DNA of 41,043 bases from a candidate division WOR-3 bacterium (lineage in GTDB: Bacteria > Hydrothermota > Tepidihabitantia > SM23-42 > JAOAFX01): positions 1 to 41,043 of the forward strand of contig JBBILZ010000020.1 in the NCBI GenBank assembly GCA_037444665.1, read 5' to 3'. Shown here piece after piece: positions 37,562-41,043 of the stretch. Position 1 is the stretch's first letter. The number at the start of each line of letters is the position of its first letter. Under the pieces are notes generated by a model that did not search any database, was not told the DNA's origin, and saw only the letters and a list, made by a program, of their open reading frames with translations. A program made the translations under genes and the position numbers.

Positions 37562-37948
37562 ATGGGAAAAAATATTTTAATTATTGACGATGAAGAAGAC
37601 ATCCTTGATTTTGTGGGCAGGGTCTTAAAGGATGCCAATTTCAGTGTTTTTACTGCTAAAGATGCTAAACAGGGGATGACAATCCTGCAGAATGAAAAGA
37701 TTGACCTCATTTTGCTGGATATTATGTTGCCAGAGATCGACGGCTGGGAGATGATGAGAATGATGCACTCAGATGAAAATTTGAAAAATATTCCTGTGGC
37801 AATGTTAACCGCACGTGTGGATGCCTATGACAAAATTATCGGGTTGAAAGAAGGGGCAATAGATTACATCTGTAAACCATTTACTGCGGACCAACTTCTA
37901 AATCGCATCAATAATATCTTTAAATATATAAAAGAAAATCATCTATGA
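37562..37948 (+). CDS. single-domain response regulator
   Basis: ILIIDDEED, DLILLDIMLP, MLTA, YICKPF; start at the ATG after GGAGG. Confidence 0.93.
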   Translation: MGKNILIIDDEEDILDFVGRVLKDANFSVFTAKDAKQGMTILQNEKIDLILLDIMLPEIDGWEMMRMMHSDENLKNIPVAMLTARVDAYDKIIGLKEGAIDYICKPFTADQLLNRINNIFKYIKENHL

Positions 37949-39222
37949 ATAATGATTTTAACAAAATCCAATCAGAATGGTATAAATACCGTGCCTGTCT
38001 TTTTGACCGTGCCTCTGGTCTACCTACGGTTAATGCAATTATTGATGATATTCGTAAAGAGCTTGAAAAAGAAAAGATATTGGGAATTCTTTTCCTGGCG
38101 ATCGGTGACCAGCAACAAATTGAGCCTGTTTTTGGCTGGGAGCAGTATGATGAGATTGTAAAATATTTCACCATCACGGTGCTTAGTGAGGTTGGTAAAT
38201 TGATACCACGCCAGTCTTTAATTGGAATATCATCAATCAGCGGGGATGGTTTTTTTATTTTTATGAACCGCGACAATGATGGTGCGCAGATAAATAAAGA
38301 ATACTTATTAGACCTTATTGAGAAATTCAAAATAAAAATTGAGCAATTCAAGAAAAAAGATTTACGACACGATGTAATGAATCGGGTTGATTTTCATGCA
38401 GGTTACCAGATTCTGCATATTGACCCTCTGGTGCGGCCTGAAAGATTAATATATCAGGCACTTGAAGAGGTAAAATATGCCGCGTATTTTAAAGAGAAGA
38501 TTGACGAGCGGAAAAGATATGAGGAGCTGCGTCAGATTATCTATAATAAGCAGATTACCACTGTTTATCAGCCAATTTATAACCTACTTGATAATACATT
38601 GTATGGATATGAAGCATTGAGCCGTGGTCCTGCAGGTTCCTATTTTGAGAACCCGGATATGATATTTTTATATGCATCAAAGGGTGAACTACTGATGTCT
38701 GCAGAAGAGACCTGTCTCTATCAGGCAGTGCGCAATGCCCGGTGTTTAAATAATGGAAATCTTCTGTTTATTAATATAACCCCCACTTTGATTCCCAGTT
38801 TAATCAATGACCAATTTAAAACATTCTTAGAAGAGACTGGATTAAATAATCAATATGTAGTTCTGGAACTTACTGAAAAATTTGCTATCCCTGACCATGG
38901 ATTATATCAAAGGATACTGGTCAACACTAAGGGAAAGGGTTATAAGATTGCCCTGGACGATGTGGGCATTGGTTATTCTACCTTAGAACGAATAAGTGAG
39001 ATTACCCCTGATTACTTGAAATTTGATAGGAGTTTGGTGCGCGATATTAACAAAAACCTTGTGCGGCAGGAATTGGCAAAATCCTTTGTAGAATTTGCAA
39101 AGAAGACAAATGCCATTATCATTGCCGAGGGCATTGAAGATAAAGAAGAGCTGGATTTTATTAAGAGTATCGGCATCAATTATGGGCAGGGATTTTTACT
39201 GGGTTGCCCAAAATCATATTAA
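37945..39222 (+). CDS. degenerate GGDEF + EAL cyclic-di-GMP phosphodiesterase
   Basis: DRASGLPT and SGDGF (degenerate GGDEF); YQPI, YEALSR, FINI, ELTE, DDVGIGYS, LKFDRS, AEGIE, GQGF. Confidence 0.92.
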   Translation: MNNDFNKIQSEWYKYRACLFDRASGLPTVNAIIDDIRKELEKEKILGILFLAIGDQQQIEPVFGWEQYDEIVKYFTITVLSEVGKLIPRQSLIGISSISGDGFFIFMNRDNDGAQINKEYLLDLIEKFKIKIEQFKKKDLRHDVMNRVDFHAGYQILHIDPLVRPERLIYQALEEVKYAAYFKEKIDERKRYEELRQIIYNKQITTVYQPIYNLLDNTLYGYEALSRGPAGSYFENPDMIFLYASKGELLMSAEETCLYQAVRNARCLNNGNLLFINITPTLIPSLINDQFKTFLEETGLNNQYVVLELTEKFAIPDHGLYQRILVNTKGKGYKIALDDVGIGYSTLERISEITPDYLKFDRSLVRDINKNLVRQELAKSFVEFAKKTNAIIIAEGIEDKEELDFIKSIGINYGQGFLLGCPKSY

Positions 39223-39309
39223 GTGAAGATAATATTTTGATTAAAGTCATTTCAGGGAATATCTTTCTGCTAAATTGGTATTTAAAAATAGATAAAGAAG
39301 GAGGAAAAA

Positions 39310-41043
39310 ATGAAATTTTTCATACCGATTAGCCTTGGTCTTTTGATGTCGGGAATCTTAATTAATATGGCAGATTCCCGGCAGAACACAGATATATATC
39401 TCAATATTCCATTCGCCGATATGAAAGGTGAACTGGGCAGATGTGATGTTGAGATTATGGAACCGGATAATAATGTAATAGGTAGTATTTCTCGGTATAT
39501 TTTTATCAATAATGATAATTACTCACTGAAATTGAATATTAAATTGAAAAAAGAGGTTGGTGATTACGACCTTTTGCGCGTGCGTGTCCGTTTTAAAAAA
39601 TATGAAAAAATCTATTCCCTGTTCCAATTACAGGATAAGATGATTGTCAAAATTTTAGGTCAGGATAAATTTATCACTGGAACACCAATCAATTATCGGA
39701 TCATTGCAAAAAATCAACGCACTGATGAACCGCTCTCTAATGCCAGGGTAAAGGTTATCTTATTGGCTAAAGACAACGAAAAGATAGTTTATGAAGGGGT
39801 TACAGACAATGCTGGTTCCTGTCAGACCAATTTTACTATTCCCGAGAACATTACCAGCGCCGAACTAAAGTTTATTATAAACTCTGAACTGGGCAAGGAT
39901 GAGTATACTACAAGCATAAAGATTATAAGTGGAAATTTAACCTATCTGGTTACAGACAAACCAATATACCAGCCAGGTCAAACAATTCATATAAGGACCC
40001 TGTCTTTACAAAAACCATCTTTGAAGCCCGTAAAGAATAATGATGTAACCTTTGAGATTGAAGATGCAAAAGGCAACAAGGTCTTTAAAAAGGTTATTAA
40101 GACCGATGAATTCGGTGTTGCCTATACACCATTCTTACTCGCAGACGAGGTCAATTTTGGTAACTGGACAATCCGCGCCATAATGGATAATGAAAAAACA
40201 GAAAAGACCGTAAAGATAGAAAAATATGTCCTGCCCAAGTTCAAGATTGGCTTAAAGACTAATAAAGAGTTTTATCTACCAGGCGAGGTAATAGAAGGTG
40301 ACTTAGATATCCAGTATTTCTTTGGTAAACCTGTTACTGATGCAAAGGTAAAGATTTTAGTTTATAAATTTGATATCGGATTTAATCAGGAGGCTCTGCT
40401 TGAGAGTAAAACTGACAAAGATGGGAACTGCCATTTTACATATAAATTACCAGACTATTTTGTTGGTGAACCATTAGAAAAGGGTGATGCATTTGTCCGA
40501 CTTGATATTGAAGTGATAGATAAGGCAAATCACAGTGAAAAAATTTCCGCAACAAAAAAGGTTGTGCAGGATTTAATAAATATTGCAATTGTTCCAGAAG
40601 GTGGTGCACTCAGACCAAATCTTGAAAATAGAATCTATGTGGTAGCAAATTATCCAGATGGTTCTCCCTGCCTGGCACAGGTAGAGATGGATATTGATGA
40701 TATCAGGCTCTCAGGCAAAACAGATGATTATGGTGTTGCGGAATTTTTGTATACGCCAAAAAAAGAACAGACAGAAATCCTGGTTAGAGTGACCGATAAT
40801 AAAGGAGAGAGAGCAGAGGTAAAAAAAGATTTCAGTTTAAATTTAGAACAGGAACAGCTCATTATGCGTATGAAACGGGGCATCTATAAAGTTGGAGACA
40901 TCATTGACCTTGAATTTCTTACTACAAAAAATACGGGCAGGGTGTATCTTGATATGATAAAAGATAACCAGACCGTGCTGACAAAATCTATAGATATAAA
41001 AAATGGCAGAGGGTCATACCAACTCCGTCTCAGTTCTGAACTT
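39310..41043 (+). CDS. alpha-2-macroglobulin / thioester-protein family (MG domains), truncated at the window edge
   Basis: Manual translation from ATG 39310 (AAGGAGG RBS): MKFFIPISLGLLMSG...LVTDKPIYQPGQTIHIR...EDAKGNKV...TDEFG...GNWTIRA...IEKYVLPKFKI...QYFFGKPV. No stop seen in 578 codons. Confidence 0.9.
   Translation, partial: MKFFIPISLGLLMSGILINMADSRQNTDIYLNIPFADMKGELGRCDVEIMEPDNNVIGSISRYIFINNDNYSLKLNIKLKKEVGDYDLLRVRVRFKKYEKIYSLFQLQDKMIVKILGQDKFITGTPINYRIIAKNQRTDEPLSNARVKVILLAKDNEKIVYEGVTDNAGSCQTNFTIPENITSAELKFIINSELGKDEYTTSIKIISGNLTYLVTDKPIYQPGQTIHIRTLSLQKPSLKPVKNNDVTFEIEDAKGNKVFKKVIKTDEFGVAYTPFLLADEVNFGNWTIRAIMDNEKTEKTVKIEKYVLPKFKIGLKTNKEFYLPGEVIEGDLDIQYFFGKPVTDAKVKILVYKFDIGFNQEALLESKTDKDGNCHFTYKLPDYFVGEPLEKGDAFVRLDIEVIDKANHSEKISATKKVVQDLINIAIVPEGGALRPNLENRIYVVANYPDGSPCLAQVEMDIDDIRLSGKTDDYGVAEFLYTPKKEQTEILVRVTDNKGERAEVKKDFSLNLEQEQLIMRMKRGIYKVGDIIDLEFLTTKNTGRVYLDMIKDNQTVLTKSIDIKNGRGSYQLRLSSEL

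Noticed and set aside
39282..39509. 75-aa minus-strand ORF
   Set aside because: Antisense to the macroglobulin gene, which the ORF track missed because it has no stop in the window.

Overview
AT-rich, gene-dense bacterial chromosome segment. The FlgD/T9SS-like C-terminal domain, the moxR-bat locus and overall gene style suggest the FCB superphylum, possibly candidate division WOR-3 (inference only). Left to right: truncated M1 aminopeptidase and an NRAMP-like transporter; an integrase-less integron-type cassette array (two attC sites, an attI-like palindromic site, a strong promoter and a 40-aa leader ORF) carrying two PD-(D/E)XK nuclease cassettes next to tRNA-Arg(CCG); nitroreductase plus radical SAM; a tandem-cyclase/STAND-ATPase/TPR protein coupled to an RNase H-like protein; a pair of acyl-CoA dehydrogenases with complementary half active sites; cupin plus geranylgeranyl reductase; secreted proteins and lipoproteins; a Ser/Thr kinase-TPR-lipoprotein-FHA/GAF/adenylate cyclase operon divergent from moxR-DUF58-batABCDE-rlmI; hutU followed by an orphan solute-binding protein, histidine kinase, receiver and EAL phosphodiesterase; and a truncated alpha-2-macroglobulin-like gene with animal-type motifs. 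All nine sigma70-like promoters I could read have a 16-bp spacer, and three appear to drive leaderless mRNAs. No CRISPR array, rRNA, transposase or integrase was seen. All calls are by eye from motifs; no database searches were run.
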